Positions 50,632 through 64,000 of a stretch of 64,000 nucleotides of DNA are shown here, one piece after another. The stretch is taken from NCBI RefSeq assembly GCF_009914755.1, contig NC_060944.1; one strand, given 5' to 3'. Made by a program: the position numbers and the translations under genes. Within the stretch, counting starts at the first letter, position 1. Each line of letters opens with the position of its first letter. The notes beneath the pieces are model-generated. The model was not told the origin of the DNA. It ran no database searches and was given only the letters and a program-made list of their open reading frames with translations. The DNA is from the human T2T-CHM13v2.0 reference genome, Homo sapiens.

Positions 50632-52482
50632 ATAGGATTTCTGAAATCTGCATTGGCTTGTGTACAATTTGGGCACTGTATGAGTCAATTGGGGGAAACA
50701 GTTTTTGAACAGGAGCTGCAGGGAATTAGAAAAATCTAAGGCAGACTGACAGAAAAGTCTTCAAAGGGAGACAAAAACAGGCTTTTCCTACTGATGAAAT
50801 GGGACCTACTGTCGATGACTGCTACAGAGTTACTCTAGAAGAATTCAGAGGAAGATGTGAGGAGTTCACTCTGGAGCCACAGTGGCCGGTAGAGGCTGGA
50901 AAGAAGAGAGAAAGGAACTTACTGTCATTGCAATGACAATGACAATAAGATCTGAGCAAGAAGGACAGTAGGGAGAAGCTGGGAACAAAGACAGGAGGGC
51001 TTGGGATGTGCTTAAAGGAGAACACTTGGTTTATTTTCCCTGGGTTGGAGGGCTTAGGTATATTTTTGTCTTATAAGGTCCACAGTTAGATTTTCTTAAG
51101 GCACAGGGGAGCCATTGAGGGTTAGGGAGCTGGAGAGTGGTGTGATGAAAGGTATGTTTGCATAGCTTCTATAAGTAAATGTTTCTTTCCACTGGTTTCA
51201 GTGACAAGGCACCAGCTCTCCCGATACTGTGGTTCCCGCAGGAGTCCCCTATGCCTATGTAGGCACCACCCACTGTGACAGGAGATGCCCTTCCTGCCCA
51301 CAGTGTCTGCCTGCATTTTGAGACTTTCTGCTTCCCCAGGGTGAGTGAGGAAGCTGGCAACAAGCCTCACTCAACGAGAGGAAACTTGAGGCCAGCTGGG
51401 CACTTGAGGGAAGGAGACCAGCAGTGGAACACAAGTCGGGGTCCCAGGATCCCTGGGCTTTACCTGACACTTCCACATTCCAACTGTGGGGTCCATAAGC
51501 AAGCCCTGCACCTTCTCAGTCTCAAGATCCACTGACAGCCATGCCATCCTCTCCCTGTCACCAAAGCAGTCTGGCCTTCCAGCTGGCCTCCAGATGCAAA
51601 GGCAGAGTCTGATGGAGACTTGGTGTCCTGAGAACTCCAGAATGGGCTGTCAGTGCTCTAATTTTTCAGGTATGTCTATTCCCATAATTTGAAAACAGTG
51701 ATAACAATAATAATACCATCTATGGGGCACTTTCTACATGCAAGGCACTCCACTAAGCCCGTTAAGAATGCTATTTCAATCCTTATGATACACGTATGGT
51801 GTAGGAACCGTGATGCCACTTTTGTGGCTGAGGAAGCTGAGAGTAATAAAAGTTAATGGACTTGTCCAAAAGAATTCTTCTAACTCTAGAATTCAAACCC
51901 TCAATTCATGTGGCAGTAATTCTAAAGGGTCACCCATTGCATTTGCATGTCAGCCCCATCCTGTGAAAGTACAGATTCCCAAGGCTTCCCTGCAGACAGA
52001 CTGAATTGGCCTGTCTCGGGCTGGGGCCTGAGAGAGCCTGCACTTTTAGCCACTGCACCACCACTTTCCACCTCCCCTACACTGCCGGGACAGATCGTAT
52101 TTTCCCAAGATGGACACATCTATACATTTATTCCATGCCACCTGCTCTTCTTGCAATGTGATTAACCTTCCTCTTCCTGAAAGGTGGGGTCTAGTTTCCC
52201 TCCCCATCAATCTGGATGGAAGCTTGTGGCTTCTCCAAGCAGTGAAGTGTGGTGGGAGTGATTCTAGGTGACTTCTAAGGTTAGCTCAAGAGGATACAGC
52301 TTCTGCCTGGTGTTTCCTCCCTCTTTCCCTCAATTTCTCTCTCCCTCCCTCCCTCCCATTTCTTATTTTTTAATGTATTAATTTAACTTTTATTGAAGTA
52401 TCGTATATGTGTATTACATGTAATAGTATACACACACACACAGAAAAACGTGCAAATGTCATAAGGGTACATCTTGATAAAT

Positions 52483-52808
52483 TTTCTTTTCTTTTCCTTT
52501 TTTTTTTTTTTTTTTTTTTTTTTGAGACAGAGTTTTGCTCTTGTTGCCCAGGCTGGAGTGCACTGGTGCGTTCTTGGCTCATTGCAACCTCTGCCTCCTG
52601 GGTTCAAGCGATCCTCTTGCCTCAGCCTCCTGAGTAACTGGGATTACAGGTGCCTGCCACCACACCTGGCTAATTTTTTTGTATTTTTAGTAGAGATGTG
52701 GCTTTACCATATTGGCCAGGCTGGTCTCAAACTCCTGACTTCAGGTAATCCACCCACCTTGGCCTCCCAAAGTGCTGCAATTACAGGCATGAGCCACTGC
52801 GCCTGGCC
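52483..52808 (-). mobile_element. AluS inside an old L1M 3' fragment (~52350-52865)
   Basis: Full Alu; flanking CTTGAWAAATTTTC repeat. Confidence 0.92.
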
Positions 52809-52869
52809 CTTGAAAAATTTTCACAACCTCAACTCACTTGTGTAACCAGCACCAAATCAAGAAATATAC

Positions 52870-53610
52870 AAAAAAGCCAGCATCGCAAACTCAACAACAA
52901 CAAAAAACCTGATTCGAAAATGAGCGAAGGACTTTTGTAGACCTTTCTCCAAAGAAGGTATACAAATGGCCAATAAGCATTTGAAAAGATGCTCTGCATC
53001 ACTAATCATTAGGGAAATGCAAATCAAAACTATAGCAAGATACCACTTCACACTCATTAGGATGGCTACTTTAAAAAAAAAAAGCGTGCGCACGCACACA
53101 CACACACACACAGAAAATAACACATCTTGTGAGGATATGGAGAAATTGGAACCTTTGTGCACTGTTTGTGGGAATGTAAAATGGCATAGCTGTGGAGGAA
53201 AGCAGTATAGTGGTTCCTTAAAACATTAAAAATAGAATTACCATATAAGCTAGTAATTATACTTCTGGGTATATACTCAAAAGAATTGAAAGCAGGGTTT
53301 CAAAGAGATATTTGTACACTTTTGTTCATAGCAATAGCTAAAACATGGAAAAATCGAATTATCCATCAGTGGATGAATGGATAAGCAAAATGTGGTGTAT
53401 CTATACAATGGGATATTACTCACCTTAGAAATTCTGTAATATGCTATGCTAAAACTTGAAGATATTATGCTAAGTGAAATAAGCCAGTCACAAAAAGAAA
53501 AATACCATATGATTCCACTTATATGGAATCTACGTACTTAGTCAAAATAAAGACAAAAAGTAGAATGCTGGTTGTTAGGGACTGAGGGAAGAAGGGAATG
53601 GAGAGTTAAT
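52870..53610 (+). mobile_element. Old LINE-1 (L1MB-like) ORF2 end and 3'UTR
   Basis: [22 protein letters not shown]; ATTATGCTAAGTGAAATAAGCCAGTCACAAAA. Confidence 0.85.
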
Positions 53611-53799
53611 GTGGCTGGCACAGGAGCCCACCATCAGGAGCTCTGGGTTCTGGGAACTGCTCTGCTCAGACTGTTTGAGACTTCAAGACCCTTCCACAAT
53701 CTGGACCTAGTTCCTTTAGGGGAATGCAGCCTGTTTCAGAATATGCAGTATTGCACAGAATCACCTGGGTTATGGCCCCTTCATGGCGTCTCTACAAAA

Positions 53800-53990
53800 A
53801 TATCTATATATATAAAAATCACTCAAGCATGGTGGTGCACCTCTGTGGTCCCAGCTACTCAGGAGGCTGAGGTGGGAGGATAGCTTGAGCCAAGGAAGTC
53901 GAGGCTGCACTGAGCCAAAATCGCATCACTACACTCCAGCGTGGTTAACAGAGTGAGACCCTGTCTCAAAAAAAATAAAAATAAAAATAA
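53800..53990 (+). mobile_element. Alu right arm / FRAM-like
   Basis: Right monomer with A-rich tail. Confidence 0.85.
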
Positions 53991-54797
53991 ATCACTATTG
54001 CAATCACAGTTTTGTAGATGGCAGCATAGGGCATGACTCATCCCTGTGTGCTCAGGGTCTCAGGAGCTCCAAACCCCAAGGAAGTGCAGCCATTCTGCTA
54101 AATCACTCCAGGAATCAACCCCTGGGCGTCTTCTGAAGCACATGTCTACACCGGGGAAGAAAACCTCCTCCATAACACTAAATGCTGAAGGTAACATGAG
54201 AAGGACTTGGATAAATTTATTGCACTTCAACTACTGGAGAGCTATTTAGGCAGCACAGCTGCCATGGGCTGCAGCCTACCCGTGCCCCACAGCTTAGCCA
54301 AAAGAACCTGGCATCAAGAATAAATGTCATGTAGCAAAGGAGCCTCTATGGAGTTGGACATCACAATTTCCAGTCATGCTTTCTGCCCTCACTATGGGGA
54401 GGGCAAAGAACTTGTGAGCTAGATTGAAAGCTCCATCCTTGGTAGGAAACTGGAAGGCCAGGTTAGAGTGTGGGTCCCGATTTCCCAGAACTGAGCTGGT
54501 GTTTCCAAGGGACCTCCCTCATCCCTGGGCAACAGGACAGCTGGTCAGCATAGTGGCTATAGGTGCTTGGGTGAGAGAGGTGGCAAGTGGTTAGGAGGTG
54601 GCTGCTAGAAGAATGAAGGATTGGGGCAGACAGCTAGCTGCTCATCACAATAATCTGAGGGCTTTAAAACTGCTGATATTCACTCAGCCCCACAAAACAG
54701 TAGCAAGAGCTGGGGAAGTGAGGTCCAAGAGGCAGTAACTTTGATGAAACTACCAATGAGTCTCATGTGCAGCCAGGATGACAGCACATGGTAAGAA

Positions 54798-55002
54798 CAG
54801 CAACAGTGGCTATCAACACCAGTGGTCGTCAGCACCAGTGACTGTCAGCACCAGTGACCATCAGCACCAGTGGCCATCAGCACCAGTGATCATCAGCACC
54901 AGTGGCCATCAGCACCAGTGATCATCAGCACCAGTGGCCATCAGCACCATGGCCATCAGCACCAGTGGGTCATCAGTACCATGGCCATCAGCACCAGTGG
55001 CC
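54798..55002. repeat. Minisatellite, ~13 x 16 bp (CAGCACCAGTGGCCAT)
   Basis: Read directly; 15- and 17-bp variant units near the right end. Confidence 0.95.
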
Positions 55003-55929
55003 CGCATGGGAGGGGTTCTCACATGGGGCTTCTGCCTGGCTACCTGGTGAGATTCTCCAGGGCTGAGTGTTTTCAGAGGACCTAGTTGTTACGGATCATC
55101 CTGCATCTGCCCTTCCTGGCACATTAATGATCACAGTCAGCATGCAGCACAAAGCCAGGTGAAGCTTTCCGGTAAGGAGGGTCGCAGGCAGCCAGTGGCT
55201 CCACCTTCGTGTGCAGACACCACGTGTTCTCAATGATCAACACACAGTCACTAGGGACATGAACACATTGTGGCATAAACCGTGTCCGGGTGTGAATGTC
55301 CACAGACTCCAATGTCCCTGTATACACTCAGGTGCACAGCCCCTTCCAGCTCCAAGTGGCAGGTGCCAGGAATCTCAGGTAAAAATGTGGGCCTTTGGTG
55401 CTGAGCTGAAGCAGGAATTCTCCACTGTTCTGGGTGTCCTAGACCAGAAGTAAAGGGAGACTTCCACCTTACACCAGTGCGCCTTGCATATGGCAACTGC
55501 TCTTCAAGGGACAACTGAGTGAAGGACTCAGAGCCCCAGTTGGAACTCAGAGGGCACCCAGGGCCTCGACCCTCCTCCCTGACAACCTCACCCCCAGCTC
55601 AGTCCTTGGCATCCCGCCAAGGTGCCTCCATGATACCTTGGACTTCTAGGAGCAAGAGTGAAATGGGATTCAGTGAGTTTTATTCTGGGACCTTCCTGAC
55701 CTTCTGGAGGGTCTCCGTGGAGAAGTGACTCCTAATATCTTTGAATTCTAAGATAGTCATTTTTGAGAGCTAGGTAAGTACTATGACCTCTCCTTACAGA
55801 AAGATGAATACGCTTTCAGGAACTCAGTGGTCTCTATGGAGCCCATCTGTGGGTCTCACATCAAGAAACTTCCAGAGACAGATCTGACTCTGAAGACTGC
55901 AGGGCACTGCAAGAACTCGATGGGTACCT

Positions 55930-56690
55930 GAGGCCAGAAACTGGCAGAGCTCGCGGAGGAAGCCACCAGCCCCTGGCCCGGCCTCCCTCTTGGCTGTTCC
56001 TCCCCCGGGCCCTACCGGGCTGTGCGTTTGATAGGCAGCTGGAAGACCCAGGTGGGCGGTTCAATCGGTCACGTGGACACGCAGCTCAGCCAATTAGAAT
56101 CTCGCGGCAGTTGATTCCTAGAGGTGGAATCCATTAAACTGACAAAGCCCCAGTCCCGGGGTCCTAATAGTCGGGACTATTAGGTCATCCTGGGTACTCA
56201 GGCCTCTAGACTCTAGACTGAGCTGCCTTGGTCACTCGGGGACAGTTGGCAGAGTATTCGTGGTCAGGGAGGTGACCCGTGGTCAGCAGGATCAGGCCAC
56301 CCAGGGACAAAGGGTGCTTCTGCGCCAGGCCCTGGAGAAGGACAGAGCGGTGGGGACTCGGGGTCGGCCGCAGATAGGGGAGTCACCACCTGCCGGGTAA
56401 GAGGGGATTCATCACAGGGGCCGAGGCAGGACGAGCGCCTCCTCCCAGCTCAGGCCGGGTCCCAGGCTGGACTCCTCCCTGTCCCCCAGGGCCGGCCTCC
56501 TTCAGAGCTGGCTCGGGACAAGCCTGGGATGGAAAGGGGAAGTAGAAAGAGCTCAGGGCACAGGGATTGGGGCCGATCCTGGGGTCTGAGCTGTGGGGTG
56601 AGGAGGGGATCGCCTGTCCCCTGGGGAGTGACGATGTCACCCAGCCGTGGCCGATGCTGGAGGTCATGATCTGAACCTTGACAGGTAACC
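55930..56690. promoter_or_regulatory. CpG-rich candidate (bidirectional) promoter
   Basis: GGGCGG 56054, GTCACGTG E-box ~56068, CCAAT 56090, MYB cores CAGTTG at 56108 and 56243; donors CGG|GTAAGA (+, 56396) and CAG|GTACCC (-, 55928). Confidence 0.6.
56110..56396 (+). ncRNA. Putative first exon of a spliced transcript (start approximate)
   Basis: Follows the promoter motif cluster, contains no ATG, ends at donor CGG|GTAAGA. Confidence 0.35.
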
Positions 56691-57216
56691 CCAGGGCTGC
56701 CTTCCTGTTCTTCCCCTGGGCTGTCAGGGGACACCCTGCTCTGTTTTGTTTTTAAGTGACCAGAGACAGACACGTAACATAGAAAACGCTATCACTTTGA
56801 TCATTTGTTTCAAATGGAAGAAAAACCGACACAAGTGGGTTTCTGGTGGGAAGCGCTTCCCTCCAACTCCAGGAACTCCATCAAGGAGTTAAGAAAGCAC
56901 AGAGTCCTGTCAGCAGCCAGAGACATGCTGGGCAGTGGTGACCTCGGAGCCACCCCGCGACATGGAGATCTCGAGCTCCGCCCTCCGTGCAGGGAGATTC
57001 CTTTTGGAAAAAATCTCTGGCAGAGTGGGAGGGTGTAGGGGCCAGCCACATACATGCTTGCTGCTAGGACCCCTTAGCCATGGGCAGGGTGGGCACAGTG
57101 ACCAGGGCCAGGAAACTTACAGGCCCACCAAAGAGTGTCAATTTCAGTCAGAAGAAAAAAAATTGAACTATATGATATTAATATATTTATCATTATACCA
57201 GTAACTCATAAAATAA

Positions 57217-57517
<301 letters not shown>

Positions 57518-58545
57518 CAAACTTCAAACTTTTTAATGGAACAAGGACACACAGACATTAATCCCCAGTGTCCATCAAAGTTGCAATGCAGCCCTAACGC
57601 CTGGCATCCTTGAAAGGGACGGGCATTTAGTAATGAGATATGCACAGCAGCATAGTCAGCTGTGTGGTGCATTCTCAGCTGTGCCTCAGCAGCCCTGATG
57701 CAGACATCCAGAAGGAGCACAGCCACTTTATCCAGAGGTGAAGTTTTGCAGCAAGACAGCATTCATAGGGGGAGTTCTCAACAAATGTCAGTCCCCAAAA
57801 AGGGAACTGGCTTTATTATGGTCCTTAGGATATTCACTCGTAGAGAACAGGACCTGACAGACAAAGCAAAGAACGAATACTAAGATTAGAAGTATTTGGC
57901 ACATTTGGGATGAGAAGGAGGCACAATGGGAAAGTGTTGAGTTGAAATCAAACTTGGGTTAAATGTGTTCAGTTTTGCCCAGGATCATTCTTGGCCACAG
58001 GACTCAGTTTGCTGAGCAGGTACACAACACACAAGGATACAAGCAGCCATTGCACACAGACACACCCACATCAGACACAACCTGCTCCCCTCTCCTCCCT
58101 GCACCAACAGGCGCATGTGGCAGGGGTCCTGGTGGAGCTCTTCCAGGAGAAGTGTCTGGGGACCCTCATGGGAAGGGAACTCCGTGTCAAGGCACCCCCT
58201 TTCCTCAGCCACAGTGAGCTCTTGGGAGCTGGGCAATGGTGTGGGAGAGGTTGTGGGGGGTAGCAAAGCAGGGGAACCAGCCTGGAATTGTCTCAGAGAA
58301 AGACCAGGCCACTAAGAGTGCAGATGGAGACATGAGACATCCGAGGGAGGGAGGAGAGGGGACCCCCTCGTGAAATTGGGGCTCACGTAAACCTGCATCA
58401 AGCACTGTGGCAGTGTTCAATCAGAAATGCTGCCCAGTACCCAGGTGGGGCACATACATGCTCAACACGTGAAAAATATCTGTTCTGATTTGTGCTTCAG
58501 AAGAAGAGTTAATGTCTCCTTCATCTTTCTCTCTAGCAATCAGCC

Positions 58546-58842
58546 ATGACTGCCTTTGCACTGTCCATGCTCTCAGCCCACCACCTCCTCCCCCTGCCAT
58601 TGCAGTGGCTAACACTGGAGACGAAGACCAAGACACCACCGCCTTTCTCCAGTACCACTCAAATCAGCACAGGCAAGGACAAAGGCCTCAATCCACAACT
58701 GCTGAAGATGGACCCTGGCCACATGGGATGGTCAGACACGCCTGCCCAGCTATCTGCAGGCGAAGAGGCTCAGAAGAGGTTTAGGGGCCTGAAGGACATC
58801 TTGCTTCCATGTCCATATGAGCAGGCTATTTCTGCTCCATGA
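58546..58842 (+). CDS. Hypothetical 98-aa ORF in putative exon 2 (no recognised homology)
   Basis: Polypyrimidine tract and TAG acceptor at 58536; GCCATG 9 nt downstream; non-repeat sequence. Confidence 0.2.
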   Translation: MTAFALSMLSAHHLLPLPLQWLTLETKTKTPPPFSSTTQISTGKDKGLNPQLLKMDPGHMGWSDTPAQLSAGEEAQKRFRGLKDILLPCPYEQAISAP

Positions 58843-59959
58843 GTCAATTTTGCCATATAAAATACTTAATTTCAGCCATTCCAGGGTGCTGTAGGATGCA
58901 CAGCTTCCCATCAGCCCACCTGAACTCCAGCCATGCCATTTTAATACCAGGAATAAGGTCACCTGCTTTCCTGCCCCTTAGGAGGCCAGAGCCGTGGAAG
59001 CAAAATGGCACTTCTGTTTACCTGTTATATTATTTTTTTGTCATCCTTATATGCTTGGAAAATGCAATTATATGAAAAAAGTTTAGTAATTACAGACATA
59101 ACAGCAGAAAGTCCTCGGAACCAAGCTTACTCTCATGGCCGATTCTGCTCCACCTGGGACTCTGCTGTGCTGCGGGCATCCTGTGGTCAGAATCGCAGAG
59201 GGGCCATCAGGGAGGGCCTTCCCAGAGGATGGACCTCACGTGACTGCTGCGTGGGCAAGTGGCACTGGCCACTCTGCCTGGAGAGAGGAGTAAATGCAGG
59301 GCTGGCCAGGCGACCTGCACACTCTGCTACTGGCCTTGTCCATCTTTAGCCTCTAATTTGAAAATGAGGCTCACACAGACCAAGAGTATCTTTGAGGGTT
59401 AGTACAGACCACAGAAATGCCCTGGGCCTTTCACTCTCTCCTTTTGCAAATTCCCATGTGTGGAAATGCCGTTTGGATAATGAGGGAGCCTGAAGGAGGT
59501 GGACACATGAGCAGCCCCGACAGGCCTGGCTCCATCCTCTGAAAATGGGGCCCCGTGCCCGGCGTGTGGCCTTACTGGTTCAGTCTTCTTTACAGTGGTA
59601 GGTTTTGAGTGCCCAGATGCCCAGTGCCTCCTACCTGGAACAGCACAGGATCTGGCAGACCCCTGGAAGAATCACATGCACACTTAAATATTCAGGGAGT
59701 TCCCACCCAGCAGAGCTCGCCTCTGTGGCTACCTTGGTCTTGCTGCTGATATCTGCCAGAAAAGGCCTGGACTTGGAGACAAGCCTGGGATTTACACTCA
59801 GTCCTTCCCCATCTGGCTGGTTCCATTTCCTTGGCTCTCACTGCTGGAAGTCTGTGCTCCTGAACATCAAGTCAGAGGGGGCATCTGAATGCAGGGCAGG
59901 GAGCCTCAGATGGGAAGAAGTCAGAGGAACCAGAATGTGTCAGAAAATGCCAAGTCATG

Positions 59960-60140
59960 TGCCTGAGCTCAAAAGTCAGCTGGGCCACAGGCTGGCTGTG
60001 TGATCTTGGGCAAGTTCAACCAGCTTCTTTATACCTCTTTTCTTGCCTCAAAATGATAAGAGAAACCACTTCACTAATACACTGAGGGCTGCTATTAAGT
60101 TCTATGTACAAAGACCCATGGCAGGCCCTATGCCCTTCGG
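59960..60140 (+). mobile_element. MIR fragment
   Basis: GCTGTGTGATCTTGGGCAAGTT is MIR core-like. Confidence 0.55.
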
Positions 60141-60896
60141 TGAGCACTACTCCTCCTTACAATTTACTGCCAGGAACACTGGGCAAGAGAACTTCAGTGG
60201 AGCAGGGATTGGCTGAGCATGAGCCAGGGTTGGGGGAAGTAAATAATGGGCTGTTGCCAGGGCCTGAGCCCAACAGAGAAAGGCTGTGTGCAGAGGGAGG
60301 GCCTCAGGTCCTGGGGCTCCTCCTGGCCTCTTTCGTCCCGACTACTTCACACCCTCCTCTAACAACGACTCCCACCTCCTTTTCCAGCTCTCCTTGATCC
60401 TGCTCAGGGTGGCGCCTGCTGTCCCTGGTCCCTTGGTCCCCACCTGCCTCAGTGCCCCCCAGTCACATCTGCTGTTTCTGCCATGGGTCAGCAGACAGGG
60501 TAGGGGTGACTGGTGGTGCAGAAGAAACCATCTGAGAGGGGGACCCCAACACGGACAGGGCACAGACGGGGCTTCCACCAATCTCAGTGGATGAAGATTC
60601 TGTCCCTGCCATCCCCGCATTCTCTCCCTGGTCTCAGAGGCCCTCCTGGGTCTCCAGTTGTCCTCTCTCCCACCTCCACACTTTCTTGTTCCAGTCCTGC
60701 TCTTGGATTTCTTTAATAATTTTCCTACCTCCAAGATCCCCTGATGATCAGTTTCTGCCTGGGGTCACCAGGCGACTGACCATGGTGGGGATGGTGACTT
60801 GAGACTCCTGGACCACAGTGCAGGTGACATATGCAACCTACAGAGTGAAAAGGAACAGTGTCACTGCTGGGTCATTTTGAAGATGAGGCTTAGGTA

Positions 60897-62059
60897 ATGG
60901 ATTAAAGACTTAAATGTTAGACCTAAAACCATAAAAACCCTAGAAGAAAACCTAGGCAATACCATTCAGGCCATAGGCATGGGCGAGGACTTCATGACTA
61001 AAACACCAAAAGCAATGGCAACAAAAGCCAAAATTGACAAATGGCATCTAATTAAACTAAAGAGCTTCTGCACAGCAAAAGAAACTACCATCAGAATGAA
61101 CAGGCAACCTACAGAATGGGAGAAAATTTTTGCAATCTACCCATCTGACAAAGGGCTAATATCCAGAATCTGCAAAGAACTTAAACAAATTTACAAGAAA
61201 AAATCAAACAACTCCATCAATAAGTGGGCAAAGGATATGAACAGACACTTCTCGAAAGAAGACATTTATGCAACCAAAAGACACATGAAAGAATGTTCAT
61301 CATCACTGGCCATCAGAGAAATGCAAATCAAAACCACCATGAGATACTATCTCACACCAGTTAGAATGGCAATCATTAAAAAGTCAGGAAACAACAGGTG
61401 CTGGAAAGGATATGGAGAAATAGGAACACTTTTACACTGTTGGTGGGACTGTAAACTAGTTCAACCATTGTGGAAGACAGTGTGGCGATTCCTCAAGGAT
61501 CTAGAACTAGAAATACCATTTGATCCAGCGATCCCATTACTGGGTATATACCCAAAGGATTATAAATCATGCTGCTATAAAGACACATGCACACGTAAGT
61601 TTATTTTGGCACTACTCACAATAGCAAAGACTTGGAACCAACCCAAATGTCCGTCAATGATAGACTGGATTAAGAAAATGTGGCACATGTACACCATAGA
61701 ATACTATGCAGCCATAAAAAGAATGAGTTCATGTCCTTTGTAGGGACATGGATGAAGCTGGAAACTATCATTCTGAGCAAACTATCACAAGGACAGAAAA
61801 CCAAACACCACATGTTCTCACTCATAGGTGGGAATTGAACAATGGGAACACTTGGACACAGGGTGGGGAACATCACACACTGGGGCCTGTCATGGGGTGA
61901 GGGGAGGGGGGAGGGATAGCATTAGGAGATATACCTAATGTAAATGACGAGTTAATGGGTGCAGCACACCAACATGGCACATGTATACATATGTAACAAA
62001 CCTGCACGTTGTGCACATGTACCCGAGAACTTAAAGTAAAATAATTAAAAAAAAAAAAA
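60897..62059 (+). mobile_element. 5'-truncated LINE-1 (L1PA4-6-like)
   Basis: ORF2 C-terminus (ORF 60979-61743), 3'UTR, poly(A); TSD AAGATGAGGCTYAGGYAA. Confidence 0.95.
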
Positions 62060-62938
62060 AAGATGAGGCTCAGGCAACACATGTCCCTTAAATCCAGTCT
62101 ATGAGGGCACCACAAAGTCCTTATTCTTTGCAAATTCTAGCAGAGAGGTTGTACTAGTTTTGGAGAGAGGCCTCAAAAGCAAGATCCTGTTTCTTGACAC
62201 AGCTTACCCTGGTGAAGCTCCCTGGCCAAGCACAAACTCCCAGGTCAAGCACAAACAGCCTTCACCAATGGCACCATCAGCCCTCAAAGAGGAGGTGGCA
62301 CTAACACTGTAAGTGGGCAGCTGCTATGGTCTTCTGCTGCCTGGAGAGTTTTGCCTCCATCACTGCTGACCACCTGGGGAATTCCCAGGAACTACTCTTC
62401 AAAGGTACACTCGGATGCCCCCTCTGCAAAGACATTTTGTTCCCTTACTGTACCTCTGAAATCATTTGTTATCCAAGCATTTGCAAATCCACCTGTCTTC
62501 TGTGTGTGGCTTTCTGTGTGGCATATCTATGGACATTGAGGGTGAAAAACAAGAGGAAGACTCTGTTCCTTTTCTTAGGGAGCTCACAGTTCACTGGATA
62601 AGACAGAAGGAAGCCATTGACTCTGAAAGGGAACAGGATGTGGCAAAGATGGGGCAGAGGGGTGAGCACAGAGGGGATCAAGAGAAGGGGGAGAAAGACC
62701 ATTGTCATCAGTGCAGCCTTTCTGGGGAGCAATGTGTGAGCTGAGCTTTGAAAAAGAAATGAGGTTTTAAAAGAGTGTGGGAGGAGAGCCCTCCTGAGAT
62801 GTATGGAGAGACCAGTGCCCCTCGTCCCTGCCACTCCCGCTCCTGCAGCTGTTCCCTTCTTCCCTCTGTCCCAGCTCAGCACAGTCACAACTCTCCAAAT
62901 CATGACACTCAAAATGCCACATCTAAAAAGAACATCAT

Positions 62939-63238
<300 letters not shown>

Positions 63239-63940
63239 TCCGAGTTCTGGGTGGGTGCCTCTGCTTCTTCTGACTTGACCGCCCCCTTCCCTGCTCTCTT
63301 TGTGTCTCATGTAGTTGTTTCCACTCACTCAACCTCCATACTCCCTGGACAGCACATGAAAAAAATTGCAACTCTGAATCCCCATCTGCTTGTGTGTGAT
63401 TCGTATCCTCTGTGAGTCAACAAGGTGAATATATTCCTCATTTGGTTGCGGGATTTTTTAAAACGTCTCAAACAGTCTCTGCCCCCTGAGAAAGTAAATT
63501 CATTCACCTACAAAGAGAAAGGAAAGGGACAGCCATCCACCAATTGACTCCTGAGATTCCCTCTGCATCCTTCAACACTTATTGGGACTTACATGAAACA
63601 ATATGACAACTTTTTATTTCTATCAAACTACAGCTTTCTTCCTTGTATCTGAAGAAGTTGGCACCCTCTACACAGAATAGGAGAGCACAATTTCAACAGT
63701 TATTGCATACATCACTGACCATTCTTACTACTCCTCAAAATTCATTGCAGGTCCACCAAATGTTCTGTTTGTTGAAGATTAAATTATAAAATTAAATTTC
63801 AGCAATATGCATATATAATTAATGAACCCAGAGAAAAGATCAAAATGGTGAGCATATAATATAAATGTGTACATATTACAAAGAAAAAATATGGAAAGCT
63901 ACTATCATACTTACTTGTTTTTCTAATCTGTCATGAGGCC

Positions 63941-64000
63941 ATTTTTTTTTTTTAAGACAAGGTTTCACTCTATCATCCAGGCTAGAGTGGAGTGGCCCCA
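63941..64000 (-). mobile_element. Alu 3' end, running off the window
   Basis: Poly(T) then AGACAAGGTTTCACTCTATCATCCAGGCTAGAGTG. Confidence 0.85.

Noticed and set aside
54798-55002. CRISPR-like array or His/Gln-rich coding repeat
   Set aside because: Units are contiguous with no unique spacers, the context is eukaryotic, and the 16-bp period does not keep frame.

Overview
This is hominid (most likely human or African great ape) genomic DNA, about half interspersed repeats. I recognise no conserved cellular protein-coding gene, tRNA, rRNA or CRISPR array, and I cannot name the locus from sequence alone. Every ORF over about 200 aa comes from L1 ORF2, the SVA VNTR or an Alu. Main contents: five L1PA/L1PB copies (one full-length but decayed, one twin-primed with a 5' inversion, one young L1PA2-like copy lacking a TSD), about 25 Alus, an SVA_A-like element, MaLR/ERVL LTRs, two hAT MITEs with 8-bp TSDs, a ~15-kb nested insertion stack built on a MER4-group ERV1 remnant (34.2-49.3 kb), and a MER52-type solo LTR. 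Four signals are not explained by standard repeat classes. (1) A CpG-rich, apparently bidirectional promoter at ~55.9-56.7 kb with GC box, E-box, CCAAT, MYB cores and outward-facing splice donors, which resembles an A-MYB-type germline lncRNA/piRNA-precursor promoter. (2) A spliced model from that promoter whose first ATG opens a 98-aa ORF. (3) A 16-bp minisatellite built from REST/RE1-like left half-sites about 1 kb upstream. (4) An unexplained ~295-bp direct duplication at 28.3/29.6 kb. Subfamily names were assigned by eye and boundaries are approximate unless a TSD is quoted.
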